A DNA stretch of 64,000 nt, from positions 1 through 64,000 of IMG/VR virus record IMGVR_UViG_3300049215_000771; one strand, 5' to 3'. The position numbers and the translations under genes were made by a program. Positions 56,321-64,000 of the stretch are shown here, one piece after another. Position 1 is the stretch's first letter. Each line of letters opens with the position of its first letter. Under the pieces are notes generated by a model that saw only the letters and a list, made by a program, of their open reading frames with translations, was not told the DNA's origin and did not search any database.

Positions 56321-57337
56321 ATGGATCAAGGTATGGTCATGGGAAACGGAAGAATGTACGACACCACCAAACCCTACAAATCTCGTATCCTGAAAGCCAT
56401 CGAGTCTACTTGGGAGTCGCCCTACTCCCACATCACCCGCTGGCCGAATCAGCCCTACCCCATCATTCGCCCACGGCACGACTGCGCCTTGGAAGTCGAT
56501 CACACGGATGGTATTGGCACGAAGGGAATGCTCCACTACCAGTACGGAACCTGGAAGTATGCAGCCCAGGACGCCCTGGCGATGAATCTCAATGATTTGT
56601 TGGCTGTTCGGGCCACTCCGTACAAGTTGCAGAACCACATCAGTCTCGAACATGACAATCACGACGCTATCGTGGCAATCGTCGAGGCTCTGGCCGGGTT
56701 TTGTAAAGAATACAAAATTGCCATGACTGGCGGCGAAACGTCCATCATGAATAACATGCGGGGCATGGACCTGAGCGTAACTGTTACAGGTTTCGTGCGC
56801 AGCTTGAAGGGCAGCTTACTACAAACAGGCGACTTGTTGGTGGGTTTGCCTAGCAGCGGCGTCCATTCCAACGGGTTCACCGCAATCAGGAATTTTTTTG
56901 ATGGTGCTGGCCTCGTCCAATTCAACGAGCCGACTGCCATTTATTGGGGGCAGGTGTTCCCGCATCTGGATTCCATCAACGCTTGCATTCATGTTGCGGG
57001 TGGTGGTTTTACCAGGTTGCGGGACTTCATGCAGCATAACCAGGCTGTGAGGGTCAACCGCTACAAGACACGCCATCCCATCTTCGATGAAATCTACAAG
57101 GTGGGCACGGATGGTGTTTATGAGAAGTACATGCCGACGAGGGTGTTGACGGACGAGGCAATGTACAAAACCTTCAACTGCGGGATTGGTATGATCCTGT
57201 CGGTGCCTCCTAGTGAGGTTGTGAAGGTTCTTACTCCTTTAGGGGGTGAGATTATCGGGGAGGTCGTGCCCGGTGATGGAAGCCGGATCACCATCGACTC
57301 GATTTTTAGTGATAAAGTGGTGGAATTCAATGGATAA
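56321..57337 (+). CDS. purM: phosphoribosylformylglycinamidine cyclo-ligase (AIR synthase)
   Basis: TDGIGTK, DALAMNLND, GGET, SSGVHSNGF, TFNCGIGM. Confidence 0.9.
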   Translation: MDQGMVMGNGRMYDTTKPYKSRILKAIESTWESPYSHITRWPNQPYPIIRPRHDCALEVDHTDGIGTKGMLHYQYGTWKYAAQDALAMNLNDLLAVRATPYKLQNHISLEHDNHDAIVAIVEALAGFCKEYKIAMTGGETSIMNNMRGMDLSVTVTGFVRSLKGSLLQTGDLLVGLPSSGVHSNGFTAIRNFFDGAGLVQFNEPTAIYWGQVFPHLDSINACIHVAGGGFTRLRDFMQHNQAVRVNRYKTRHPIFDEIYKVGTDGVYEKYMPTRVLTDEAMYKTFNCGIGMILSVPPSEVVKVLTPLGGEIIGEVVPGDGSRITIDSIFSDKVVEFNG

Positions 57338-57537
57338 GGAACAAGCAAAGTTGATCGCTTCCTTCGAGCAGGGAGCGGCTGGTCTTGGTGAATTTGCGGT
57401 CATGTTGGGGTCGTATCATGCGGCCCTGTGTGAGCAAGGGTTCCAGCGACATGAGGCGTTGGAGTTGGTGAAAGGATTGCAGAAGATTCTGTTCAGCCGG
57501 ACTTTCAACCAGATCGCCCCGGAGCAGAAGCCTGATT

Positions 57538-58113
57538 ATGACGACGAAGGCATGTCCTAAGCGAGTCATTATCACGAAACCCGACTACTTGTTGGGCAAA
57601 ATGGGTGTTCTCAAAGGAGATCGCTTCAAGTACCCCAGCCAGAGTTTTTGGGTTCAACCTGTTCTCCTGGACGATGGGAGCGAAGTCCTAGCGCTGGCAT
57701 ACGAGGAGTGTATGGACGAAGCACCTATCAAAATTGATGTGGACCCAACTGTGGTCTACGACTACCAGGAATGTCTACAGCGAGCCATCTGTCATCATTG
57801 CGGCAAAGCGCTGCATTGGAAACTCGCCAACATCCTGAACAACAAAGAACATTTCCACGATGACCGTTTCTGCTATGCGGTTTGTTGTCTGACCAGGTAT
57901 TCGATGGTCCCGGAGAAGGTGCGGATTGTCGCATCACTCGATGTTCCTGAATGCACCGAGGACGACAAAGACGATGAACTGAAGATTGAGGATGAAGAGT
58001 TCCTTCGTGAATTGCAGAAGATGAATCTGCAAACCAAGGATCAGATCGACGACTTGCTCATTCTTTCTGGAGTGAAACCACGTCCCTATGAGGATGATGA
58101 CGATTTGAAGTGA
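57538..58113 (+). CDS. hypothetical protein
   Basis: CHHC and CC pairs; acidic tail. Confidence 0.55.
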   Translation: MTTKACPKRVIITKPDYLLGKMGVLKGDRFKYPSQSFWVQPVLLDDGSEVLALAYEECMDEAPIKIDVDPTVVYDYQECLQRAICHHCGKALHWKLANILNNKEHFHDDRFCYAVCCLTRYSMVPEKVRIVASLDVPECTEDDKDDELKIEDEEFLRELQKMNLQTKDQIDDLLILSGVKPRPYEDDDDLK

Positions 58114-58149
58114 TGGGTCTGAAGCCTATGATACACCAAGGAGTGTATC

Positions 58150-58437
58150 ATGGGTCCAGAACAAGAAGACACCGGCCAGTTCAAACGCATCGCCATCCCC
58201 CTGGTCAGGAGGATATATCCTCAACTTATTGCGAACAAGATCGTAAGCGTTCAGCCGTTGTTGGGGCCGACAGGATTGACGTATTATCTGCGCCATCGGT
58301 ATTCGCAGAATTCACAAAGTCAGCCGCAACCGACAACTATTGACGGCGCTTTTGAGAATCCGCCGACCAGGAAGAAGCAGATCAAGAAGAAGAAATACCG
58401 TAGCATCGACGATCCGTGGAGCGCTGATGGTTCCTGA
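58150..58437 (+). CDS. major capsid protein (gp23-like) N-terminal fragment with RSIDD tag
   Basis: IPLVRRIYPQLIANKIVSVQPLLGPTGL.YYLR.RY then KKKKYRSIDDPW. Confidence 0.75.
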   Translation: MGPEQEDTGQFKRIAIPLVRRIYPQLIANKIVSVQPLLGPTGLTYYLRHRYSQNSQSQPQPTTIDGAFENPPTRKKQIKKKKYRSIDDPWSADGS

Positions 58438-58696
58438 TGACAGTCAAATTCGGGACGCCGTAGAAACCTGTTTCGATGAAGGTACGCAGGACGCCATGAA
58501 GTACCTGAAGGAATACGGCGAGGAAGAATTCAAGAAGGTTCTCCAGGAGGAACCGCCGCCCGGCGTCGGTTTCCATCCTGGGAGTCTTCTTGACAAGTTG
58601 CGCCAGTGGAACGGCGTATTCAAAGCCAAGATGGAAGATGCCAAACGTGGCAAGAAACGCCGCCGTACCATCTGGCGCAGCATCGACGCAAGGTAG
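58427..58696 (+). CDS. RSIDD-tagged hypothetical protein
   Basis: Ends KKRRRTIWRSIDAR*. Confidence 0.6.
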   Translation: MVPDDSQIRDAVETCFDEGTQDAMKYLKEYGEEEFKKVLQEEPPPGVGFHPGSLLDKLRQWNGVFKAKMEDAKRGKKRRRTIWRSIDAR

Positions 58697-58725
58697 TTTA
58701 CAAATCTGTGTTTTCGTGGTATCAT
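58697..58725 (+). promoter_or_regulatory. sigma70-type promoter
   Basis: TTTACA-N17-TATCAT. Confidence 0.65.
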
Positions 58726-58750
58726 TCCGTTGAATACACACGGAGATACC

Positions 58751-59185
58751 ATGCCTACCAAACAAGTAATCGTGTGGCGGCAAGACCTGCAAAACGTCCC
58801 GAAGGGCAAATTCGGGGCGCAGATGGGTCATGCTGCCCATTTGTTCCTCACGGAGCAAGTCCGGGCCGAGTACGGCGGTAAGGGGCCGAAACTCCGTGCT
58901 GGCGAATCTGGCCGGGTTGAAATCCGTCTGACTCAGGCCGAGATGGATTGGATTCTTGGCAACTACCGCAAGGTGGTGGCCTGGGTCCGTTCCGAAGAAG
59001 ATTTGATGACGGTTTACAACAAGGCCAAGGAACTCGGTCTGCCCGTGCATCTCGTCACCGACGATGGGTTGACGGTTTTCGACAAACCCACGAAGACTTG
59101 TATTTCCATCGGTCCTGCCGAGGAATCGGAAGTGGACAAGGTGACGGGAGAGGCCGGGCCTCTTGGAAAGTTGAAGTTGCTATGA
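58751..59185 (+). CDS. pth2: peptidyl-tRNA hydrolase, Pth2 family
   Basis: KQVIV.R.DL...KGK..AQ.GHA...KVV...V.D.G.T....T.T...IGP....VDKVTG...L.LL. Confidence 0.9.
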   Translation: MPTKQVIVWRQDLQNVPKGKFGAQMGHAAHLFLTEQVRAEYGGKGPKLRAGESGRVEIRLTQAEMDWILGNYRKVVAWVRSEEDLMTVYNKAKELGLPVHLVTDDGLTVFDKPTKTCISIGPAEESEVDKVTGEAGPLGKLKLL

Positions 59186-59526
59186 GCCAGGATTTTCTCT
59201 GGACATTCTTCAACCAACTCCCCATTGGGGCGAAGTTCAAGATGTCCGATGATCCCCAGCCGGTGTACGAGAAGCGCAGCGAGTACCAGGCGTGGCGGCG
59301 GACGGACCCTTGGGGATTGGGACAGCCCGGCAAGACCATGATGGTTCTTGACGGGCATGTTGAAGTGATGCCCGTCGATGTCGCCGAATGTTACTGGTGT
59401 GGTGGCGAATTCGCCATGATCGACCTGGTGTATATTCCAAGGAAGGGTGACAATCCCGACGCCGAGCCTCGCCGATTCATGTGTGCCGATTGTGATTTAG
59501 GCGATGCAGATGAAAGCAAACCATGA
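59182..59526 (+). CDS. hypothetical protein with C-terminal Zn finger
   Basis: CYWC...CADC. Confidence 0.55.
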   Translation: MSQDFLWTFFNQLPIGAKFKMSDDPQPVYEKRSEYQAWRRTDPWGLGQPGKTMMVLDGHVEVMPVDVAECYWCGGEFAMIDLVYIPRKGDNPDAEPRRFMCADCDLGDADESKP

Positions 59527-60050
59527 TTCCGGTCTTTGTTACCGACAAACACGCCCCACAAACCAGCCCTTGTTATTTCTGCTACACTGGCTCATCTGGC
59601 GTGGCAGAAGCCTTCAAGTCCTGGGATGATGGTCTGGCGAGATTTGTTGCCGATATTCTTCGGGAAGGCCCGGAGGCCAAACCGACGCATCAGATATGCA
59701 GAAGTTGCTATGAAGCCGGCAAACATCGCCAGCGTAGTCGATGCCAGAACTGTGGGAAATTAGCAAGCCTGCTGCGAACGGCCAACGATTCGATGACGAA
59801 TACTTGGGCGGATATTGGCCCGGACCATGTTATCTTGTGTGAAGTATGCCAGAAGGTGTACTACGACACGGACAAGCGACAATGGACGTTCAAATATGAC
59901 GGCGGCGGCAAGCTGATAATACCGTATACGAGCAAGGTTCCGCTGACGGACGAAGACATTCTCCTGCTTAGACGGCTATGGCGGGAGTACCCGGACTGGA
60001 AAACCAGGAACAAGATGCCGACATTGCACCGGAGGATCGACGATGATTAG
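59523..60050 (+). CDS. Cys-rich protein with RSIDD-type tag
   Basis: Several CxxC; ends LHRRIDDD*. Confidence 0.6.
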   Translation: MIPVFVTDKHAPQTSPCYFCYTGSSGVAEAFKSWDDGLARFVADILREGPEAKPTHQICRSCYEAGKHRQRSRCQNCGKLASLLRTANDSMTNTWADIGPDHVILCEVCQKVYYDTDKRQWTFKYDGGGKLIIPYTSKVPLTDEDILLLRRLWREYPDWKTRNKMPTLHRRIDDD

Positions 60051-60660
60051 GGGCACCAGACACTTATTCGGTGCAGAGGCTCGATTATTTCACGAAATAA
60101 CGAGCGAGTTGCGTAGAATAACTATACAGGAAGGCTACCAGGAGTTCATCCCCTCCGCACTGTGCGAGGTGGAAGTCTTCACAGGGAAGGCGGGGCCGGA
60201 AATCCTGGGTCAGATGTACACGTTCAAGGACAAGAAGGAACGTGAAATATGCCTTGTGCCAGAGATAACTGCTGTGGTACAAAGTATATATACTGCCGAC
60301 TGGTCCAAGTATCTCCCCAGGCCGGTGAAAGTGTTCTACCTGGCCCGATGTTACAGGTACGAGCGGCCACAGGAAGGTCGCTATAGGGAGTTCTGGCAGT
60401 TCGGTGTTGAGAACTTGGGCGGCAAGACATCCAAGGAAGAGATGATTGATCTGCTCAGGAAGTCTTTGGAGGCGTGTGGCATCGAGTTTGTCATCAACGA
60501 TGGCGTCAAACGAGGGCTGAATTACTACGTTGAAGATGGCTTCGAGGCTGAAGTGGCAGCACTTGGCGCTCAGAAGCAAGTGGCCGGTGGAGGCCGGTAT
60601 AGTGAAGGCATCGGATGGGCCATTGGAGTTGATAGGCTGATGCTGGCGAAACAAAAATGA
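60043..60660 (+). CDS. hisS: histidyl-tRNA synthetase-like catalytic core (no anticodon-binding domain)
   Basis: RGT, MYTFKD, L.PE.TA, YRYERPQ.GRYREF.QFGVE, RGLNYY, GGGRY, GWAIGVDRL. Confidence 0.85.
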   Translation: MIRGTRHLFGAEARLFHEITSELRRITIQEGYQEFIPSALCEVEVFTGKAGPEILGQMYTFKDKKEREICLVPEITAVVQSIYTADWSKYLPRPVKVFYLARCYRYERPQEGRYREFWQFGVENLGGKTSKEEMIDLLRKSLEACGIEFVINDGVKRGLNYYVEDGFEAEVAALGAQKQVAGGGRYSEGIGWAIGVDRLMLAKQK

Positions 60661-61202
60661 CGTATGCTATTCTGGTCGTGATGCTGATGGGATTCGGCTA
60701 CATTGGCTGGAAGCTGCACAGGTTGGAGAAACGATTGGCTGCAAATGAAGCAGGCCAGAAAACCAACAATGAGCAGATAGTTCAGGTCAATCAGCGAGTT
60801 GTTGCAACAAATCAGTTGTTTGGCAACCTCGACACGAAGATTGACAAGACGAACAAGAAGGTCGGTGAAATCGACAAACGCACAACTCCTGGTGCGATGA
60901 CGAAAGAACAACTCGACTTCAAGGAGGACTTGGAGAAGAGATGGAAAACTACGATGGAGAAGGCTAGGACGGACCTGGCCGAGCAGCTTGTTCTGGATAA
61001 GGACAAGTTGAAGGCCGATGTAGAAAAGTACAAAGCCGGGTTTGAGGCAACGGTCAAGAAGGCATATGATGAAGCGTGTGCCAAGATCGACTTCGAGCGG
61101 GTAGAGTACAAGAAAACCATCACCAAGAAGCGGCGAGAGTTTAGCCGCAGCCACAAGGCGGTAACACCGCAAAGAAGTTTCAGGTCGATAGATGATGAAT
61201 AA
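60657..61202 (+). CDS. membrane-anchored coiled-coil protein with RSIDD tag
   Basis: N-terminal TM helix; ends RSFRSIDDE*. Confidence 0.65.
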   Translation: MTYAILVVMLMGFGYIGWKLHRLEKRLAANEAGQKTNNEQIVQVNQRVVATNQLFGNLDTKIDKTNKKVGEIDKRTTPGAMTKEQLDFKEDLEKRWKTTMEKARTDLAEQLVLDKDKLKADVEKYKAGFEATVKKAYDEACAKIDFERVEYKKTITKKRREFSRSHKAVTPQRSFRSIDDE

Positions 61203-61572
61203 CCCACAGGTCTTCGGATTCGCTTCAGCCCCGCATACGGGGCATGGTCCGATGGCCGCACAACTGGCGAAGGACTTGAAGGCTCGCATTGAGGCGTGGA
61301 TCGACTCGATGATCGAGCCTGATGGTCCATGTGGCGGGCCGAAGGAAGATTTCCTGCGGAACCTGAAAGACTCCTCCCACGAGGGGTCCGATCCGGCGTA
61401 CCTGTTGTGGATGTGCGATCAGATCGTGGAAAAATCCCAGGAATGGCCGGCGACACGCCTGCATCGGTGGGTCGGTTATATCCAGGGTTGTCTGGTTCAT
61501 GGCGGCATTTCCACGCTCGAAGACGAGAAAACCGCCGTCCGTGAAGTAAAAAAATCGTTCTCTGAGGGGTAG
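61192..61572 (+). CDS. hypothetical protein
   Basis: LLWM...HRWVGYIQG.L...G. Confidence 0.6.
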   Translation: MMNNPQVFGFASAPHTGHGPMAAQLAKDLKARIEAWIDSMIEPDGPCGGPKEDFLRNLKDSSHEGSDPAYLLWMCDQIVEKSQEWPATRLHRWVGYIQGCLVHGGISTLEDEKTAVREVKKSFSEG

Positions 61573-61699
61573 ATTTGCGAACCTTCCCCCGTCGAGAGCG
61601 TCTTTAAGGTGTATCTCGACGGGAAAGCCTGGCGGCGGGAACACCAAACCACCAAGGACCAGGCTAAATAGGAACGTACACCCGTTCGGAGGATGATTT

Positions 61700-62425
61700 A
61701 TGTCAGCATTGTCTCAGCAAAAAGTTCTGGTAGTCAACCGATTCCAGGTTCCGATCAACGTCGTGACCCTGGAAGACGCACTGAAGAAGCTGACCGGCAC
61801 ATACAAGAACGGGCAGCCGAAAGCAGTGATCGTTGACTGCTTGAACGCCCACGCCGAGTGGGAGTGGGATGACTGGCGTGAACTCATCCCACACGCAAAC
61901 GCTTGCCCGGAATGCCGTCGCCTGCTGGACCAGGATCAGATCGAGGAGATCAAGCCAGAATACGGCGAGCCGGTGAAGGTTTGCAAGGACTGTCAGGTTC
62001 CGATTGGCGAGCCGGGTATCAAGTGCCCGAATGCCATCCTTCGTATCCCGACTGTTATTCGTCTGACCCGGTATGACAAGCTGCCGCAGGCGAAGATCAA
62101 GTACAACCGTCGCACCATCTACCGCAGGGACAACAACACCTGCCAGTATTGTGGCGCACGACCGGGGACGAAGGAACTGTCGCTTGACCACGTTATTCCT
62201 CGTGCCCAGGGCGGTAAGACCGTGTGGGAAAATATCGTGGTCGCTTGCACGGACTGCAACGCTCGGAAGGCAGACCGCACCCCGGCCCAGGCCGGTATGA
62301 AGCTGCTCCGTCAGCCGAAGAAGCCGAAGTTCAACCTTTATTCTGGAGACATCCGGGTGAAGGATTGGGAAACTTGGCTGGGTGTGGCCTACTGGCTGAC
62401 CGAACTCAAGAACGACGAGGAGTAA
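61700..62425 (+). CDS. HNH endonuclease (McrA-like)
   Basis: RD...CQYCG...SLDHVIPRAQGG...WENIVVAC..CN.RK. Confidence 0.9.
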   Translation: MSALSQQKVLVVNRFQVPINVVTLEDALKKLTGTYKNGQPKAVIVDCLNAHAEWEWDDWRELIPHANACPECRRLLDQDQIEEIKPEYGEPVKVCKDCQVPIGEPGIKCPNAILRIPTVIRLTRYDKLPQAKIKYNRRTIYRRDNNTCQYCGARPGTKELSLDHVIPRAQGGKTVWENIVVACTDCNARKADRTPAQAGMKLLRQPKKPKFNLYSGDIRVKDWETWLGVAYWLTELKNDEE

Positions 62426-62473
62426 CCCTTGGCCGGGCGTATAGAATACGCCCGGCTATTTCTATATACAGGC

Positions 62474-62644
62474 ATGAAACGTGTCACTTTCAAGGAATGG
62501 CTGGAAAAACGGGAAGGCAAGGTCAAGATTGCCGGCAAACCCGTGCGCCGACTCCCGCCTCCAAAACCTGGCGAAGATTCCGTGAAGACCGTCGATGGCC
62601 TTCACCAGTACAAGCCCATGTCCGAACTTCCTCCTGGGCTTTAG
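62474..62644 (+). CDS. small protein with FKEWLE N-terminus
   Basis: MKRVTFKEWLEKRE; TATATA just upstream. Confidence 0.5.
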   Translation: MKRVTFKEWLEKREGKVKIAGKPVRRLPPPKPGEDSVKTVDGLHQYKPMSELPPGL

Positions 62645-62652
62645 TTTTGATC

Positions 62653-62681
62653 TTTACAACCAGTGTATTTCGAGATAGAAT
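62653..62681 (+). promoter_or_regulatory. sigma70-type promoter
   Basis: TTTACA-N17-TAGAAT. Confidence 0.6.
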
Positions 62682-62714
62682 CTGGTCATGACTGTTTTCT
62701 AACCGAGAAGAACC

Positions 62715-62987
62715 ATGACCACCAAAGTCACCCAAGCGGAATGCGAAGAGGCCAGGCCCGTTTGTGATCTGGTCTACACTGTCATCAAGGATCACCCGGA
62801 AGGGATCAATTATCCCGACCTGATCCGTGAAATCAGGCTGCGGGGATGCACGATTTCTGATCTTTCGGAGCGTGTGCATTTTTCGCTGCACTGTATGGTT
62901 TGTCACGGGGTTTGCGATAGGCTGGAAGCGCCGACCCTGGAGCGTATCTACCAACTTCCGGCACTGGAGAAGAAGTCCAATGAGTAA
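62715..62987 (+). CDS. winged-helix-like hypothetical protein
   Basis: Helical pattern ending in R.Y.L. Confidence 0.5.
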   Translation: MTTKVTQAECEEARPVCDLVYTVIKDHPEGINYPDLIREIRLRGCTISDLSERVHFSLHCMVCHGVCDRLEAPTLERIYQLPALEKKSNE

Positions 62988-63778
62988 GCGCAAGAATCAG
63001 TGGTTCGAGGAACGCAAGGTCCAGCAGCCGGCGACTGTTTGTCTTTGAGGCAGCCAACACCCTTCTCGTCGAACTTCAGTTCGGCGAAGGCGGCACGGAC
63101 TCAAAGCTGTTCGTTGCTGACCTTCTACTCACCTACCAACGCTACGCCGCCATCAAAGGCTTCAAGACAGAACTCCTCTCCGAAGAAAATGGCAAAGCCA
63201 TGCTCAAGGTGATGGGGAAGAATGTCTGGACGGCCTTCAAGAATGAACCCGGCAAGCACGTTGTTCAGCGTGTGCCTCCGACCGAGCGTTCGGGGCGGTG
63301 GCAAACATCTGTGATTTCCGTCGCCGTCCTGCCGCTGCCCCCGGAAAACAAGCTGGTTCCACTCCAAGAAAAAGACTTGGAAATTACCACGCAAACCGGC
63401 AAGCAGAAGGCGGGCGGACAAAACGTCAACAAAGTCGCCAGCGCCGTCAGGATGAAGCATAAGCCTACGGGTCTGTCTGTATTCATCAACGGGCGGGACC
63501 AAGGCCAGAACAAGAAGGAAGCCCTGCATGTTCTGACGGCCAGGGTCAACCAGCTTCGTCTCGACAAGACCGCCTCCGATTACGACAATCTGAGGACGGG
63601 ACAGATGAAGGGAATCGGCGACAAACTCGGTGGTAGGGGCGACAAGATTCGTACCTACAACTTCATCAAGTCGAGGGTGGTGGATCACAGACTCGGCGTG
63701 AAGACCGGAAACATCAAGGAAGTGATGAAGGGAAACCTCACACTCCTGTTCGACAGTCAAGAAAAAGATGAAGAATAA
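62980..63778 (+). CDS. class I peptide chain release factor (PxT type), probable +1 frameshift at CTT-TGA 63043-63048
   Basis: +1 frame: LVELQFGEGG.DSKLF...G.HVVQRVPPTE.SGR.QTS...AGGQNVNK...KIRTYNF...RV.DHR. Confidence 0.85.
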
Positions 63779-63783
63779 CAAAG

Positions 63784-63821
63784 AAAAGGCCAGGCCGATT
63801 TGATTCGGCCTGGCCTTTTTT
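63784..63821. terminator. bidirectional terminator between convergent genes
   Basis: AAAAGGCCAGGCCGA..TCGGCCTGGCCTTTTTT. Confidence 0.85.
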
Positions 63822-63833
63822 CCCTTTTTTGTT

Positions 63834-63998
63834 TCAATTAGCCTTGAATCGGACATATTTGTGGGCTGTCCAGAAGTCGGAAGCGAGTTCCGGGTTCTCG
63901 ATGTAAGCGTAAGGCATTTCAAAGTAACCACTCATGCCCCAGCTTGCGCCCCAGGAATTGCGGACCTTGACCATCTTCGTGGCGTCGTTATAGCCAAC
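63834..63998 (-). CDS. papain-like C1 cysteine peptidase, C-terminal part
   Basis: Reverse strand VGY...VRNSWGASWGMSGYFEMPYAY...DFW. Confidence 0.85.
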   Translation of the reverse strand, partial: VGYNDATKMVKVRNSWGASWGMSGYFEMPYAYIENPELASDFWTAHKYVRFKAN

Positions 63999-64000
63999 TG

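Overview
Segment of a very large (jumbo/huge) tailed-phage genome, almost entirely on the + strand. The first ~36 kb is a dispersed tRNA array: about 37 recognisable tRNA genes, none encoding CCA, alternating with short hypothetical ORFs and several structured non-coding blocks. The window also carries a translation and metabolism arsenal: IleRS, GluRS, MetRS, stripped-down AlaRS/SerRS/HisRS, ribosome recycling factor, a class I release factor, Pth2, an L7/L12-domain protein, PurE, PurM, two RNase HI, NADAR, radical SAM, M23 peptidase, HNH and PD-(D/E)XK nucleases, and a Ro60/TROVE protein. Two candidate undescribed systems stand out. (1) Seven copies of one structured RNA module (AGTCTC..TTG / ATG..GGGATTACAT, with covarying pairs) occur in two circularly permuted topologies: five grafted in place of the anticodon arm of otherwise normal tRNA bodies and two free-standing. 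They sit on the same genome as a phage Ro60 and are interpreted as permuted YrlA-like Y RNA/tRNA chimeras. (2) At least 13 mostly unrelated proteins share a tag, basic-[WYHF]-R-[SNYR]-I-D-[DEA]-(PW), conserved at protein rather than DNA level and usually C-terminal. Several tagged proteins are fragments of core phage proteins (major capsid N-terminus, gp32-like SSB). The release factor also appears to need an RF2-style CTT-TGA +1 frameshift although it has an RF1-type PxT motif. All family assignments are by eye from motifs; no searches were run.
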